From Acidobacteria bacterium UBA2999 (GTDB lineage Bacteria > Acidobacteriota > Vicinamibacteria > Vicinamibacterales > UBA2999), in the NCBI GenBank assembly GCA_002346475.1, contig DDZV01000022.1, forward strand, positions 7,175 through 71,174: 64,000 nucleotides of DNA, written 5' to 3'. The notes under the pieces were generated by a model. It was not told the DNA's origin and did not search any database. It saw nothing but the letters and a program-made list of their open reading frames with translations. The position numbers were made by a program, and so were the translations under genes. Shown piece after piece: positions 29,082 through 39,576 of the stretch (positions are counted from its first letter, which is position 1; every line of letters starts with the position of its first letter).

Positions 29082-30395
29082 TCAATCGTAGTACTCACGC
29101 CCAAGATGTGTGATAAGTTCTTCGCCCTTAATAAACCGCAATGTATTTTTTAACTTCATAAGCTGAATAAATAGATCGTGTTCAGGATATATTTCGGGCG
29201 CATGCATTGGGCTCTTAAAATAAAACGAAAGCCACTCTTGAATACCAGACATGCCTGCTCGCTTAGCAAGATCGAGAAACAGTACAGAATCGAGAACAAT
29301 TGGAGCCGCTAAAATACTGTCTCGACAGAGGAAATTGATCTTCAACTGCATCGGATAACCAAGCCATCCAACTAGATCAATATTATCCCAACCTTCTTTA
29401 TTGTCTCCACGGGGTGGGTAATAGTTAATTCGGACAACGTGACAGAGTTCATCGTAAAGCTCAGGGTACAATTGTGGCTGAAGAATATAATCAAGTACTG
29501 ATTTTTTGCTCTCCTCTTTAGTCTTAAAAGATTCTGGATCGTCAAGTACTTCGCCGTCCCGATTACCAAGAATGTTCGTTGAGTACCAACCCTCAACACC
29601 AAGCAGTCGCGCCTTCAGGCCAGGTGCAATAATGGTTTTGAGTAAGGTTTGACCCGTTTTAAGGTCCTTGCCAGCCACTGGTGTCTGAGTTTGGGCTGCC
29701 AGTTCCAACATTGCCGGGATATCTGCTGTGAGATTAGGCGCAGCATTAGCATATGGGATTCCTTCACGAAGTGCAGCGTAAGCATAGATCATGCTTGAAG
29801 GAATCATGTCGTCATTTCGCTCCAGCGATTCTTCAAATACTGCAAGATTTGCATGTGCTGCCGCTTCCTTAAGGTAGACCTCCGTGCTTCCACACCAAAC
29901 CATTACTAACCGATCACAATTATGCGTACTTTTAAATTCTCGGATGTCCGCAATTACCTGTTCGGCCAAATCTCGCTTTGTCTTACCTTTTTTAACATTT
30001 GGACCGTCGAGACGCTTAACGTAACGTTGATCAAAAACAGCAGGCATCGGACGAATAGATTCCAATTCCGTACGCACGCTCTCGATTAAATTTGGCTCAA
30101 GCACGCCTGCTGTACAGGCAGCCGCATAACAATCTTCAGAAAAAATATCCCATCCGCCAAATACTAGATCGTCTAATTCCGCAAGAGGTACAACTTCTTT
30201 AATTTTTGGAGATCGACCCTCAGAACGTTTGCCTAGTCGGATAGTTCCCATCTGTGTTAGAGAACCAATAGGCTTGGCTTCGCCTTTCCTAATAGCCAGA
30301 ATACCAGCAATCGTGGTAGTGCTGACTGCACCAAGCCCGACAAGAAGTACACCGAGGCGCCCACGTGCTGGAGCGATGGTAAGTGGTGTGGTCAC
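29082..30395 (-). CDS. ino1: myo-Inositol-1-phosphate (inositol-3-phosphate) synthase
   Basis: 437 aa. Rossmann GVLLVGLGAVSTT and NILGNRDG-type core, typical of bacterial/archaeal MIPS. Confidence 0.85.
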   Translation of the reverse strand: MTTPLTIAPARGRLGVLLVGLGAVSTTTIAGILAIRKGEAKPIGSLTQMGTIRLGKRSEGRSPKIKEVVPLAELDDLVFGGWDIFSEDCYAAACTAGVLEPNLIESVRTELESIRPMPAVFDQRYVKRLDGPNVKKGKTKRDLAEQVIADIREFKSTHNCDRLVMVWCGSTEVYLKEAAAHANLAVFEESLERNDDMIPSSMIYAYAALREGIPYANAAPNLTADIPAMLELAAQTQTPVAGKDLKTGQTLLKTIIAPGLKARLLGVEGWYSTNILGNRDGEVLDDPESFKTKEESKKSVLDYILQPQLYPELYDELCHVVRINYYPPRGDNKEGWDNIDLVGWLGYPMQLKINFLCRDSILAAPIVLDSVLFLDLAKRAGMSGIQEWLSFYFKSPMHAPEIYPEHDLFIQLMKLKNTLRFIKGEELITHLGREYYD

Positions 30396-30426
30396 AATCG
30401 AAAGAATATATCATGGTAGAAATTCA

Positions 30427-31041
30427 ATGTTTCTCCCGTTTCTACGAAAATCAAAAACTGAGCCACTGGCGCTAACAATGGCAGCGGTTCGCATGGGTGA
30501 GCGTTTGCTCCAAATTGGCCTTGATGACCCAGGGTTGACGGGCACGCTAGCCTTAAAAGTAGGCCTAAGTGGCAGTGCCACCCTCGTGGTTACTAGCGAA
30601 CAAGAAGCAACCCGAGGTCGCTCTGCTGCTGCAAAAGCTGGTGCTCTCCTGGATGTACAAGTCGTGACACCACTTCGTAATCTGCCATTCGAAGATGAGT
30701 CCTTTGACTTAATTATTATTCATTCAATGAAAGGGTTGGTTGCAATGATGGCACCTTATACGCGCGTACGGTGCCTAGAGGAGTCCCTAAGAATCCTGCG
30801 GATCGGTGGCCGAGTTCTCATAATTGAGCCAGAACCTCGGGGTGGGCTAGGTGCTTTAATTCGTTCACATCCGGTCGATTCCTACTACACCTCTGGTGGC
30901 GGCGCCATGGGTGCATTAAAAATGGAAGGCTTCAAGCCTGTACGAATCCTTGCCGACCGTGAAGGTTATCGTTTCACAGAGGGGCTAAAAACTACACCTC
31001 CTGCTGAAAATAGTGAGCACGAAGATATTAAAAAAACATAG
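30427..31041 (+). CDS. Methyltransferase-fold protein (class I SAM-MTase-like, atypical motif I)
   Basis: The ORF track opens at 30229, antisense to ino1. The plausible start is the ATG at 30427 (MFLPFLRK...). FEDESFDLIIIHSM and LRILRIGGRVLIIEP resemble Methyltransf_11. Motif I reads LLQIGLDDPGLTG rather than xLDxGCGxG. Confidence 0.6.
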   Translation: MFLPFLRKSKTEPLALTMAAVRMGERLLQIGLDDPGLTGTLALKVGLSGSATLVVTSEQEATRGRSAAAKAGALLDVQVVTPLRNLPFEDESFDLIIIHSMKGLVAMMAPYTRVRCLEESLRILRIGGRVLIIEPEPRGGLGALIRSHPVDSYYTSGGGAMGALKMEGFKPVRILADREGYRFTEGLKTTPPAENSEHEDIKKT

Positions 31042-31052
31042 CATCTGGGTTT

Positions 31053-33761
31053 ATGTCAAAGCCTTTACTATTTCTCATTGACGGCACATACCAAATCTAC
31101 CGTGCCTATCACGCATTTCGTGGGCGAGGCCTGTCAAACCAAGAAGGACAAGCCACCCACGCTGTCTACGGATTTGTCACTATGCTTCGAAAGCTGGTGC
31201 GTGACCAAAGACCTACTCATATCGCTGCTTCATTTGATCTTGAAGGTCCAACATTTAGAGATGAAATTGTCGATGATTACAAAGCTAACCGAGAAGACAT
31301 GCCTGACGATTTGGTAGAGCAAATTGAGTGGGTATATGAAGCGTGTGAAGCAATGGGCGTCCCGATCGTAACTGCAGAAGGTTACGAAGCCGACGATGTC
31401 ATTGGAACTTTAGCAATGCAAGCAACAGAATCTGGATTCGATGTAGCAATTGTTTCCGTAGACAAAGATTTTTTTCAGCTCGTACGGAAAGGAGTGCGCC
31501 TCTATGACCCTCGGGATAGTGGAACTTGGTTCGACGAAGCTGGAGTTACTAAAAAATTTGGTGTACCCCCGGCGAAAGTCATAGATGTGTTAGCTCTTGT
31601 AGGAGATACAAGTGACAACGTAGCAGGCGTTCCTGGCATTGGGAAGAAGGGGGCTGTTCAATTGATGTCTAAGTACGGCAGTCTTGATGCGCTCCTCGAA
31701 AAAGCCGAGACCATCCCTCAGAAAAGATATCGCGAGTCCTTGTTAGCCAGTAAAGATCTAGCTTTGCAAAGTCGAGACCTCGTTACGATCCGTACAGATG
31801 TTCCAATTACACCCACATTAGAATCATTTTTACACCAAGGCCCCGCGCGTGAACGTTGCTACGACTTGTTTTCCCGTCTAGGTTTTCGGACAATGGTTAA
31901 TGATTACGCACCAACCGAAGACCCTGTCCAGACCGATTACGCACTCGTACAAAATATCAAAGAGCTTGACCAGTTAATTGATCAACTTCGTGCAGCTGGT
32001 AAGTTTGCCTTACGTATTGTCACAGATGGACCTTCGGCTATGCGTGCACAGCTTATTGGAGTTGCATGCTCGACATCTCACCGCCAGGCCCGTTACATAC
32101 CACTAACCCCTGAGATAAAGCCCGGATCTGAAGACTTGCTTACCCAGCAACCTAACAAAATTGACCAAGAACTCGTACTTGCACGTTTTAAGCCGTTGCT
32201 TGAAAACAAAGCTGTTCAAAAGGTTGGACACGATTTGAAGTTCGACACAGTTGTATTAGAGCGACATGGTATCCATCTGGCAGGAATATCGTTTGATTCT
32301 ATGCTCGCAAGTTATCTGCTCGACGCTCGTGGCAAACATTCACTTGAAAACATTTCGTTGGAATACTTAGCCTGCAAGGCCTTAACCGAAGAAGATGTCC
32401 GAGGTAGCGGTGCCCGGGCAATCCCTTTCAATCAATTAACCCCAGATGCTGTCCTACGTTTTGTGAGCGAGCGCGCGGACTTAGCCTTGCAATTAGCAGA
32501 CCATCTAGCACCACGTCTCGTAACGGAAGGGCTCGACTCGTTATATCGAGAAATGGAACTGCCACTGATACCAGTACTGGCTGCTATCGAGTGTGCTGGT
32601 GTTCCTCTTAATAGCCAAGCCTTGATGACCCAGTCAAAGCATCTTAATAAAAAATTAGAAAAACACACTGGGCGCATCTATGAGTTGGCAGGGTGTGAAT
32701 TTAACGTCAACTCGCCCAAACAGCTTGCTGACATTCTCTTTAATCGACTTAAATTGCCCTCCTTAAAAAAGACAGGGAAGACTCGTTCGGCATCAACGTC
32801 TGTCGAAGTGCTTGAGGAGCTGGCGCTTTCTCACGAACTCCCTCGGTTGATTCTCGAATGGCGGGGGTTACATAAACTAAAGAGCACTTACGTCGATGCT
32901 CTGCCACTCCTTGTTCATCCAGACACACACCGCATCCACACTTGCTTTAATCAGGCGGTGGCAACTACCGGACGATTAAGTAGCTCTGAACCAAACTTAC
33001 AAAATATTCCAATTCGAACTGAACTTGGCCGACAAATTAGACGTGCTTTCGTTGCAGATTCTAAAAAAGTTTTAATCTCGGCTGATTATTCACAGATCGA
33101 ATTGCGTGTACTTGCACATTTATCCAATGATGAGACCTTAATAGAAGCTTTTCGATCAGGGGAAGATATTCACAACCGTACTGCTATGCAAATTTTTGGA
33201 CCTGACAGTGAACTTGAAGCACACGAATTACGCCGAAGAGCCAAGATTGTTAACTATGCTTTGTTGTACGGGAAAACAGCGTTCACATTGGCTAAAGACA
33301 TCAATGTAAGCACCCAAACTGCGCAGGCTTTTATCGAAGCTTATTTTTCTGGTTTTCCACGCGTGCGAACTTATATTAATGCGACGCTTGAAGAGGCACG
33401 CCAGACTGGAATAGTTCAAACGATGTTCGGTCGCCGACGTTTAGTGCCCGATCTCAACAGTCATAATGGACAGATCCGCGCGGCTGCTGAAAGAGTAACG
33501 GTGAACATGCCAATTCAGGGAACTGCCGCAGACATTCTAAAACGCGCCATGATAGACCTGTCAGTTGCTCTACCTGCCAAGGGACTACATGGGAGAATGA
33601 TCTTAACAGTTCACGATGAATTGCTTCTTGAGTGCACCGCTAAGGAAGCAGAAGCAACAAAAGAAATCGTACGGGAAAAGATGGAAACCGCAGCTGAATT
33701 AGCTGTGCCTCTGACTGTTGATGTAGGTATGTCCAAGAACTGGTGTGATGCTAAACCGTAA
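31053..33761 (+). CDS. polA: DNA polymerase I
   Basis: 902 aa. 5-prime nuclease domain, motif A DYSQIELRVLAH, motif B RRRAKIVNYALLYG and motif C TVHDELLLE. The 3-prime-5-prime exonuclease motifs are degenerate (see findings). Confidence 0.95.
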   Translation: MSKPLLFLIDGTYQIYRAYHAFRGRGLSNQEGQATHAVYGFVTMLRKLVRDQRPTHIAASFDLEGPTFRDEIVDDYKANREDMPDDLVEQIEWVYEACEAMGVPIVTAEGYEADDVIGTLAMQATESGFDVAIVSVDKDFFQLVRKGVRLYDPRDSGTWFDEAGVTKKFGVPPAKVIDVLALVGDTSDNVAGVPGIGKKGAVQLMSKYGSLDALLEKAETIPQKRYRESLLASKDLALQSRDLVTIRTDVPITPTLESFLHQGPARERCYDLFSRLGFRTMVNDYAPTEDPVQTDYALVQNIKELDQLIDQLRAAGKFALRIVTDGPSAMRAQLIGVACSTSHRQARYIPLTPEIKPGSEDLLTQQPNKIDQELVLARFKPLLENKAVQKVGHDLKFDTVVLERHGIHLAGISFDSMLASYLLDARGKHSLENISLEYLACKALTEEDVRGSGARAIPFNQLTPDAVLRFVSERADLALQLADHLAPRLVTEGLDSLYREMELPLIPVLAAIECAGVPLNSQALMTQSKHLNKKLEKHTGRIYELAGCEFNVNSPKQLADILFNRLKLPSLKKTGKTRSASTSVEVLEELALSHELPRLILEWRGLHKLKSTYVDALPLLVHPDTHRIHTCFNQAVATTGRLSSSEPNLQNIPIRTELGRQIRRAFVADSKKVLISADYSQIELRVLAHLSNDETLIEAFRSGEDIHNRTAMQIFGPDSELEAHELRRRAKIVNYALLYGKTAFTLAKDINVSTQTAQAFIEAYFSGFPRVRTYINATLEEARQTGIVQTMFGRRRLVPDLNSHNGQIRAAAERVTVNMPIQGTAADILKRAMIDLSVALPAKGLHGRMILTVHDELLLECTAKEAEATKEIVREKMETAAELAVPLTVDVGMSKNWCDAKP

Positions 33762-33888
33762 GTTGTAGATGTTTAACCCTAGCATTTTTACAATTAACAA
33801 ACTTTAATATCATTCTTTCAGTCTAAACCTTTTATTCAGTGAGCATTCCTCAATTGCCCTCCTTTGTCCTTTGCTACAATTCTCTGTG

Positions 33889-35160
33889 ATGGGTTCACCC
33901 GTCATTCTCCCACGCGAAGCACATGCCATCTCGCAACAGGAAATTGACTCCGATGCGTTAAAGGTTCTTTATCGTCTTCAAAAGTTCAATTATCTTGCTT
34001 ATCTTGTTGGTGGCAGTGTTCGCGATCTACTTCTTGGTAGACGTCCTAAAGACTTTGACATTGGAACTTCTGCACACCCGTATCAGATTAAGAAACTGTT
34101 TCGGAACTGCTGGATTATTGGGCGACGCTTTCGTTTAGCACATGTGCGTTTTGGTACAAAAACAATTGAGGTTGCAACTTTCCGTCGCCAGATTAAAACA
34201 GAGGTGTCCAAACAAGTAGGAGAAAGTACAGCCAACACAAAGATTGCCCCTCTGGGTGATCCTCTAATACGACGTGATAATACGTTCGGTAACCCAAAAG
34301 AAGATGCTTTCCGTCGTGATTTTACAATTAACGCCCTCTTCTATAACGTTGCTGATCGATCAGTCATTGACTACACCAATGGTCTCAATGATCTTGAGGC
34401 CAGAATAATTCGAAGCATTGGTGACCCTAACGAGCGTTTTCAAGAAGATCCCGTTCGTATGACACGTGCAGTCGCAATGGCTGCTAGGCTCGGCTTTACA
34501 ATTGACCTTCCAATAGAACGTGCCATCTCTAAGCATCGATCTGAAATTGCAAGAAGTGCTCCACCGCGTTTGCTTGAAGAACTGTATAAAATTTTGCGAA
34601 CTGGGTACTCTGAAAAAACTTTCAAAATGTTAGCAGAGCGACGCCTGTTGGAACCAATAGCGCCTACGCTTCAGCGAGCAACTAATTCAAATCTCTGGCA
34701 ATCCCTTAAACTCCTGGATACTTATCGTAAGCGATTCGTTGACACTCCGGAGACTCTAACAAACGCCTTGCTACTAGCTTCGCTGTTGCTGCCACTTGGT
34801 CACACTATAAAAACACTCACCAGCATGACCTCGCTAGGAAAAGTGCCGTCGCCTAAACAGCCATTGTCTTTAGGAATATTACCGATCGCCAGACGCGATG
34901 TTGAACGCCTTAGACAGATCTTAATAATGCAACACAAACTTATTGATACGAATATTTCGACTCGTGCAAGTCAGGCACTGATTCATAAAAAACAATTTCG
35001 TGAAGCAGTAACTTGGCTAGAAATTTCTGGTGAACATCCAGAACTTGTGGAACGCTGGAGAAAGCTTCTCAAAAAACCCGGTAGCGGCAAAAAAAAGTAC
35101 TTCAGAAAAAATCGGAAACGACGCCAGCAAAGCACAGCGACCCTTAGGAGAAAACGTTAA
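33889..35160 (+). CDS. pcnB: Poly(A) polymerase I
   Basis: GGSVRDLLLGRRPKDFDIGT...LFRNCWIIGRRFRLAHVRFGTKTIEVATFRR closely parallels E. coli PcnB. Basic C-terminal tail. ATG at 33889 preferred over the upstream TTG at 33871. Confidence 0.85.
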   Translation: MGSPVILPREAHAISQQEIDSDALKVLYRLQKFNYLAYLVGGSVRDLLLGRRPKDFDIGTSAHPYQIKKLFRNCWIIGRRFRLAHVRFGTKTIEVATFRRQIKTEVSKQVGESTANTKIAPLGDPLIRRDNTFGNPKEDAFRRDFTINALFYNVADRSVIDYTNGLNDLEARIIRSIGDPNERFQEDPVRMTRAVAMAARLGFTIDLPIERAISKHRSEIARSAPPRLLEELYKILRTGYSEKTFKMLAERRLLEPIAPTLQRATNSNLWQSLKLLDTYRKRFVDTPETLTNALLLASLLLPLGHTIKTLTSMTSLGKVPSPKQPLSLGILPIARRDVERLRQILIMQHKLIDTNISTRASQALIHKKQFREAVTWLEISGEHPELVERWRKLLKKPGSGKKKYFRKNRKRRQQSTATLRRKR

Positions 35161-35166
35161 TCCCGA

Positions 35167-36255
35167 CTATCCATTTTTTCGTTCGAATTCCTGCATAAAA
35201 TCCACAAGTGCATCGATGCCTGCTTCGGGAAAGGCATTGTAAATAGACGCACGGAGACCCCCAAGCGATCTATGTCCTTTAAGACCGTGCAGACCGATAG
35301 CTGTCGCCTCTTTATCAAATTGCTGCTCAAGATCCTTGCTCGGTAATCGAAAAGTGATGTTCATTAAAGAGCGATCGGGCTTTGCCGCTAATCCGTGATA
35401 GAAATCGGTCCGATCAATTTCAGCATAGAGTTTCTCTGCTTTACGTTTGTTAATGCTGGCAACACTTTTCAAGCCTCCAAGCGACTGTAACCACTTCATT
35501 GTTAACCCAATCACATAGATGCCGAATGTTGGAGGTGTGTTGTATAGAGACTGACTGGATGCATGTACCTTGTAATTAAGCATGCTCGGAACTGAATCAG
35601 GAGATCGCGCAAGCAGGTCTTCACGGATAATTACAACTGTGACACCGGCTGGCCCGAGGTTTTTTTGAGCACCTGCATAAATCAACCCATGTCGTGTCAC
35701 ATCCATCGAACGACTAAATATGTCTGAAGAAGCGTCGCTTATTAGAGGCACGTCACCAATTTGCGGCAACGATTTCCACTGAGTACCCTCAATGGTGTTA
35801 TTGCTAGTGATATGAACATAAGCAGCTTCTGGTGTCAGCATCAGTTCTGACATATCTGGAATTCTAGAAAAATTGTCAGCCACTGTCGTGGCAGCGATAT
35901 GAACTTTACCAACCCTCTTTGCTTCTTTGATGGCTTTCTGTGCCCAAGCTCCCGTATGAATATAATCAGCCGTTTTATTAACCAGAAGCAGATTCATTGG
36001 TACCATCAAGAATTGCAGGCTCGCTCCACCTTGAAGAAATAGAATCTTATAGTTCTCTGGAATACCCGCCAACGCACGCATGTTGTCTATAGCGTGATAC
36101 AGAATCTCTTCAAAAACTTTTGAACGATGGCTAACTTCTAAGATCGACATCCCGATCTCAGGAAGCGAAACAAGATCGCGCTGCACCTCCTCAAGCACAG
36201 GGAGTGGTAACACAGCAGGCCCAGCGGAAAAATTGTACGTGCGCGTCGTGTGCAT
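35167..36255 (-). CDS. serC: Phosphoserine aminotransferase
   Basis: 362 aa. NFSAGPAVLP start, GAQKNLGPAG (PLP Lys) and overall SerC pattern. Confidence 0.95.
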   Translation of the reverse strand: MHTTRTYNFSAGPAVLPLPVLEEVQRDLVSLPEIGMSILEVSHRSKVFEEILYHAIDNMRALAGIPENYKILFLQGGASLQFLMVPMNLLLVNKTADYIHTGAWAQKAIKEAKRVGKVHIAATTVADNFSRIPDMSELMLTPEAAYVHITSNNTIEGTQWKSLPQIGDVPLISDASSDIFSRSMDVTRHGLIYAGAQKNLGPAGVTVVIIREDLLARSPDSVPSMLNYKVHASSQSLYNTPPTFGIYVIGLTMKWLQSLGGLKSVASINKRKAEKLYAEIDRTDFYHGLAAKPDRSLMNITFRLPSKDLEQQFDKEATAIGLHGLKGHRSLGGLRASIYNAFPEAGIDALVDFMQEFERKNG

Positions 36256-36304
36256 TATTGCTCCGGCATATCACCTTGATACGCTGGAGCGTTCTCCTGT
36301 TTAA

Positions 36305-37033
36305 TCAAAGCACGGGTAAGTACGGGGTTAACCATCGTGCAATTAGCGTAAACTGACCTGTAAAGATCAAGACTCCGATGACAATAAGGAGCAGACCTGA
36401 AGCTATTTCTATCTTGTGATAATGCTGTCGAATACGCTCAAAAGCAGCAAAAAATCTATCAACGGCTAGAGATGTAGCAATAAACGGCACAGCTAAACCC
36501 GCAGAATAAACAGCCAGCAACTGAACACCTTCACCAACGGTGTCTTGTGCACCAGCAACAGCAAGAATACCGGATAAAATGGGACCGATGCATGGGGTCC
36601 AGCCAAATGCAAATGCAACACCTACAAGCACGGCACCAAGAAGCCCTACAGGTTTACCCTTGGTCTGAATACGTTTTTCTGAATAGAGCCAGCCTATACG
36701 AAAAACTCCCATCGTATGTAGCCCGAAGATAATAATGATCACACCAGCAACTTGACTGAGGATCGTTAAGCGGTCCATTAAAAATTGTCCGAGAGCGCTA
36801 GCAGACGCACCTAATGCAACAAATACGAGTGAAAATCCAATCACAAAAGCAATCGTCGCTAGCAGTACCTGGCGTCGAGCCGTCGGGGAGGCTGTACTGC
36901 TTCCTTGCATTTCGTCCATTGAGATGCCAGAGATGTAAGAAAGGTATCCAGGAATCAACGGGAGCACGCACGGAGAGATAAATGAGAGTAACCCGGCAGC
37001 AAATGCTGCAATCAGAGTAACGTTACTTTCCAT
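36305..37033 (-). CDS. ccdA: Cytochrome c biogenesis / thiol-disulfide electron transporter CcdA (DsbD core family)
   Basis: 242 aa, 6 TM. Conserved SPCVLPLIPGYL and TPCIGPIL Cys motifs. Confidence 0.85.
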   Translation of the reverse strand: MESNVTLIAAFAAGLLSFISPCVLPLIPGYLSYISGISMDEMQGSSTASPTARRQVLLATIAFVIGFSLVFVALGASASALGQFLMDRLTILSQVAGVIIIIFGLHTMGVFRIGWLYSEKRIQTKGKPVGLLGAVLVGVAFAFGWTPCIGPILSGILAVAGAQDTVGEGVQLLAVYSAGLAVPFIATSLAVDRFFAAFERIRQHYHKIEIASGLLLIVIGVLIFTGQFTLIARWLTPYLPVL

Positions 37034-37071
37034 AGAACTATCCTACTGTTCTCAAAACAATTACAGAAATA

Positions 37072-38160
37072 TTATTCATTATCACCAAGTGGTGTAAATT
37101 CCTGAAATATCACTTGTAGAACTGCTGCGGTAGGGACGGCCAAAAGAGCACCAACGATCCCAAGCACTGAAAGACCTATGACAAGAGCTAGGACAACCAC
37201 AACGGCACTGATGCCAACTTGTCTCTCCATAATCCTTGGCACGAGTACGTGACTTTCAAACTGCTGCTGAATAACAAAAAAAACCGTTGCGCCAATGGCA
37301 ACTGCGGGTGAGATTGTTAAGCCCACAAGGATAGCCGGCACGGCTGCGAGTATCGGACCTACGAGTGGAATCATTTCACCGATGGCTGCGATAAGTGCCA
37401 GCACAAAAAAATACGGCACGCCTATGAGCCAAAGCGCAAGGGCTGCCGTTGTTCCAATAATGCCGGCTAATAATAATTGGCCACCGAGCCACGCGCTAAC
37501 TTTGACTGACACTCGTCGACACGCTTCAGCGACTCGGTCGCGTTTATTGTTTGGAAATAAGCGCACAAAAGTCGCTACGAGGTTGTCAGCATCAAGTAAT
37601 AGATAAAAGGTCAGAATGAGAATGGTAATAATGCCAAAAACGCCGCCTACTACACTCCATACTGCTGTGAACACTGTTCCAATTGCGTCGGGAGGGATTG
37701 TTGGAGCTTGTTCAACAGCCTGACGAAAGGTTAACTCCTGATCGAGAAGGCCAATCTCGACAAAAAATTGTTGGGCATGATTGACAAGAGACGGTAAACG
37801 AACCCAAAGTTCTTGGGCTTGAGACATAAGCGGGGGAAGGACAGCCACGCTAATCCCAACCATAATGCTAAGTAAAACTAAATAGATGCTTAATATTGCA
37901 CCCCATCGTGGCAATCGGTACCATCGAGTAAGCTTCCACCGACGTTGGAAGGTTTCTTTCTCGCCGTCTTTGGACACAACATCCGCTTTCTCAACAGCAT
38001 TAACAAGCGGGCCCAGTCCAATTGATATCAGTGCACTGATATAGATTAAGAGCACTGCATCGCGTGAGAGGTACAAAATCCAAAAAACAATACCTGTTAA
38101 CGTAGCACTCGCCAGTGCATATCGAATCAAAGCCCTTGGATTCTCTTGTAATGGGATCAT
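37072..38160 (-). CDS. AI-2E family (PerM/UPF0118) transporter
   Basis: 362 aa, multi-pass membrane protein. ...IGEMIPLVGPILAAVPA... is typical of this family. ATGA overlap with the upstream aminotransferase. Confidence 0.8.
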   Translation of the reverse strand: MIPLQENPRALIRYALASATLTGIVFWILYLSRDAVLLIYISALISIGLGPLVNAVEKADVVSKDGEKETFQRRWKLTRWYRLPRWGAILSIYLVLLSIMVGISVAVLPPLMSQAQELWVRLPSLVNHAQQFFVEIGLLDQELTFRQAVEQAPTIPPDAIGTVFTAVWSVVGGVFGIITILILTFYLLLDADNLVATFVRLFPNNKRDRVAEACRRVSVKVSAWLGGQLLLAGIIGTTAALALWLIGVPYFFVLALIAAIGEMIPLVGPILAAVPAILVGLTISPAVAIGATVFFVIQQQFESHVLVPRIMERQVGISAVVVVLALVIGLSVLGIVGALLAVPTAAVLQVIFQEFTPLGDNE

Positions 38161-39383
38161 GCTTTTTCTAAGTAATGTTCAGTAAAAGCAGCAATGTCAT
38201 TGTACGTCATTGTCAGTTCCTGTGGACTTGCTAAGAACACAACCCTGAAACATCCTGCTTCAGGTGCCATACCAAATCCAGACCCATAAACACATAGAAT
38301 GCCTGTCTCCCGGAGCAAGTTCAGTACGAAGTCTTCATCTGTCCGGCCAGGTGGCAACGCCAGCGATGGCATGGCATAGAAGGCTGCGCGTGGAGGAACA
38401 CAACTCATTGCTGGTATCGCCGACAAGCACTCTATAGTAAGACGTGCACGTTCTGTTAGGGCGCTCCGAAATTCGTCAAGATGGGACTGATCACCTTGTA
38501 AGGCCGCAACCACTGCGTGCTGCATTGGCCCTGGACTACATAGACGAGCATCAGCCAGTCTCTTCATGGCGACTAAGACATTGTCCAATCGAGAATTAGA
38601 TCCAACTACCATCCAGCCTGTCCGCCAACCAGGCGCTAGGTACGCTTTTGATAAGCTCGACAGGGAAATGATTGGAGCATCGTTATCTAATGTTCCAAGT
38701 AGCGGAACAGGTCCGTCGTGCGCTACTTCGCTGTACACTTCATCGGCAACAATCACAAGCCCATACTCTTCTGCAATGTCGATAAGCGCGCGCCGAATAT
38801 GTGTTGGATAAACTGCACCGGTTGGATTGTTTGGATCAACAACCACTAGCACCCGCGTGCGTGGGGTGATAAGACTTCGCAAATGATCAAGATCGGGCAT
38901 CCAATCTTGATTAGGATCGGTTCGATAGTACTTTGCCCCGGCTCCAAGCTTTGCAATGACAGCTGTGTATAACGGGTAAGTTGGTACAGGAACCAATACT
39001 TCATCGCCTTCGTCTACAAGAGCTGTGAGAACTAACTCGATACCTTCTGAGGTGCCAGTAGTAATCAAAACACGATCGGCAGTAACAGCCATTCCGCGCT
39101 TTGTATAGTCTTCAGCCACCGCATCACGCGCTTGAATCACACCAGCTGATGGAGCGTACCCGTTATAACCATCACGAAGTGCACGTTCTACTGCCTCAAT
39201 TAAATGCGGGGGAGACTGGAAACCATAAGCCACTGGATCCCCAACGTTCATGTAACGGACTCGCAGGCCTCGTGCTTCAACGTTTTTGGCTTCGTCGACA
39301 ATGTTTCTGATCGCATAGGAAAAATGACTTACCCTATTCGCAACAGATACAGTCGGCCTGTTTGTAATAGGCATTAGGTTCAT
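38157..39383 (-). CDS. Class I/II PLP-dependent aminotransferase (AlaA-like)
   Basis: SLSKAYLAPGWRTGW (PLP Lys) and NPNNPTGAVY. The ORF opens with GTG at 39401; the ATG at 39383 (MNLMPITN) is preferred. Confidence 0.85.
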   Translation of the reverse strand: MNLMPITNRPTVSVANRVSHFSYAIRNIVDEAKNVEARGLRVRYMNVGDPVAYGFQSPPHLIEAVERALRDGYNGYAPSAGVIQARDAVAEDYTKRGMAVTADRVLITTGTSEGIELVLTALVDEGDEVLVPVPTYPLYTAVIAKLGAGAKYYRTDPNQDWMPDLDHLRSLITPRTRVLVVVDPNNPTGAVYPTHIRRALIDIAEEYGLVIVADEVYSEVAHDGPVPLLGTLDNDAPIISLSSLSKAYLAPGWRTGWMVVGSNSRLDNVLVAMKRLADARLCSPGPMQHAVVAALQGDQSHLDEFRSALTERARLTIECLSAIPAMSCVPPRAAFYAMPSLALPPGRTDEDFVLNLLRETGILCVYGSGFGMAPEAGCFRVVFLASPQELTMTYNDIAAFTEHYLEKA

Positions 39384-39576
39384 CTTAGCCCCAACAATCA
39401 CTGTCTGCTGAGGACTTCGAAGAGGTTTCGCTGTTATATGCTAAGAATAAAAGCTATATAAACTATCTATAGCCATCGTCAGAGCCATACGCTAAGATCG
39501 CGCAATGTATCCACATAAGTAATTGATTATATTGGGTTTATATGTTTCTTTAAACAACAATATCACGAGCAAATAG

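Noticed and set aside
30229-30426. N-terminal 66 codons of ORF 30229..31041
   Set aside because: This part is antisense to the 5-prime end of ino1 and is Pro/Arg-rich. Methyltransferase-like sequence only begins after the ATG at 30427.
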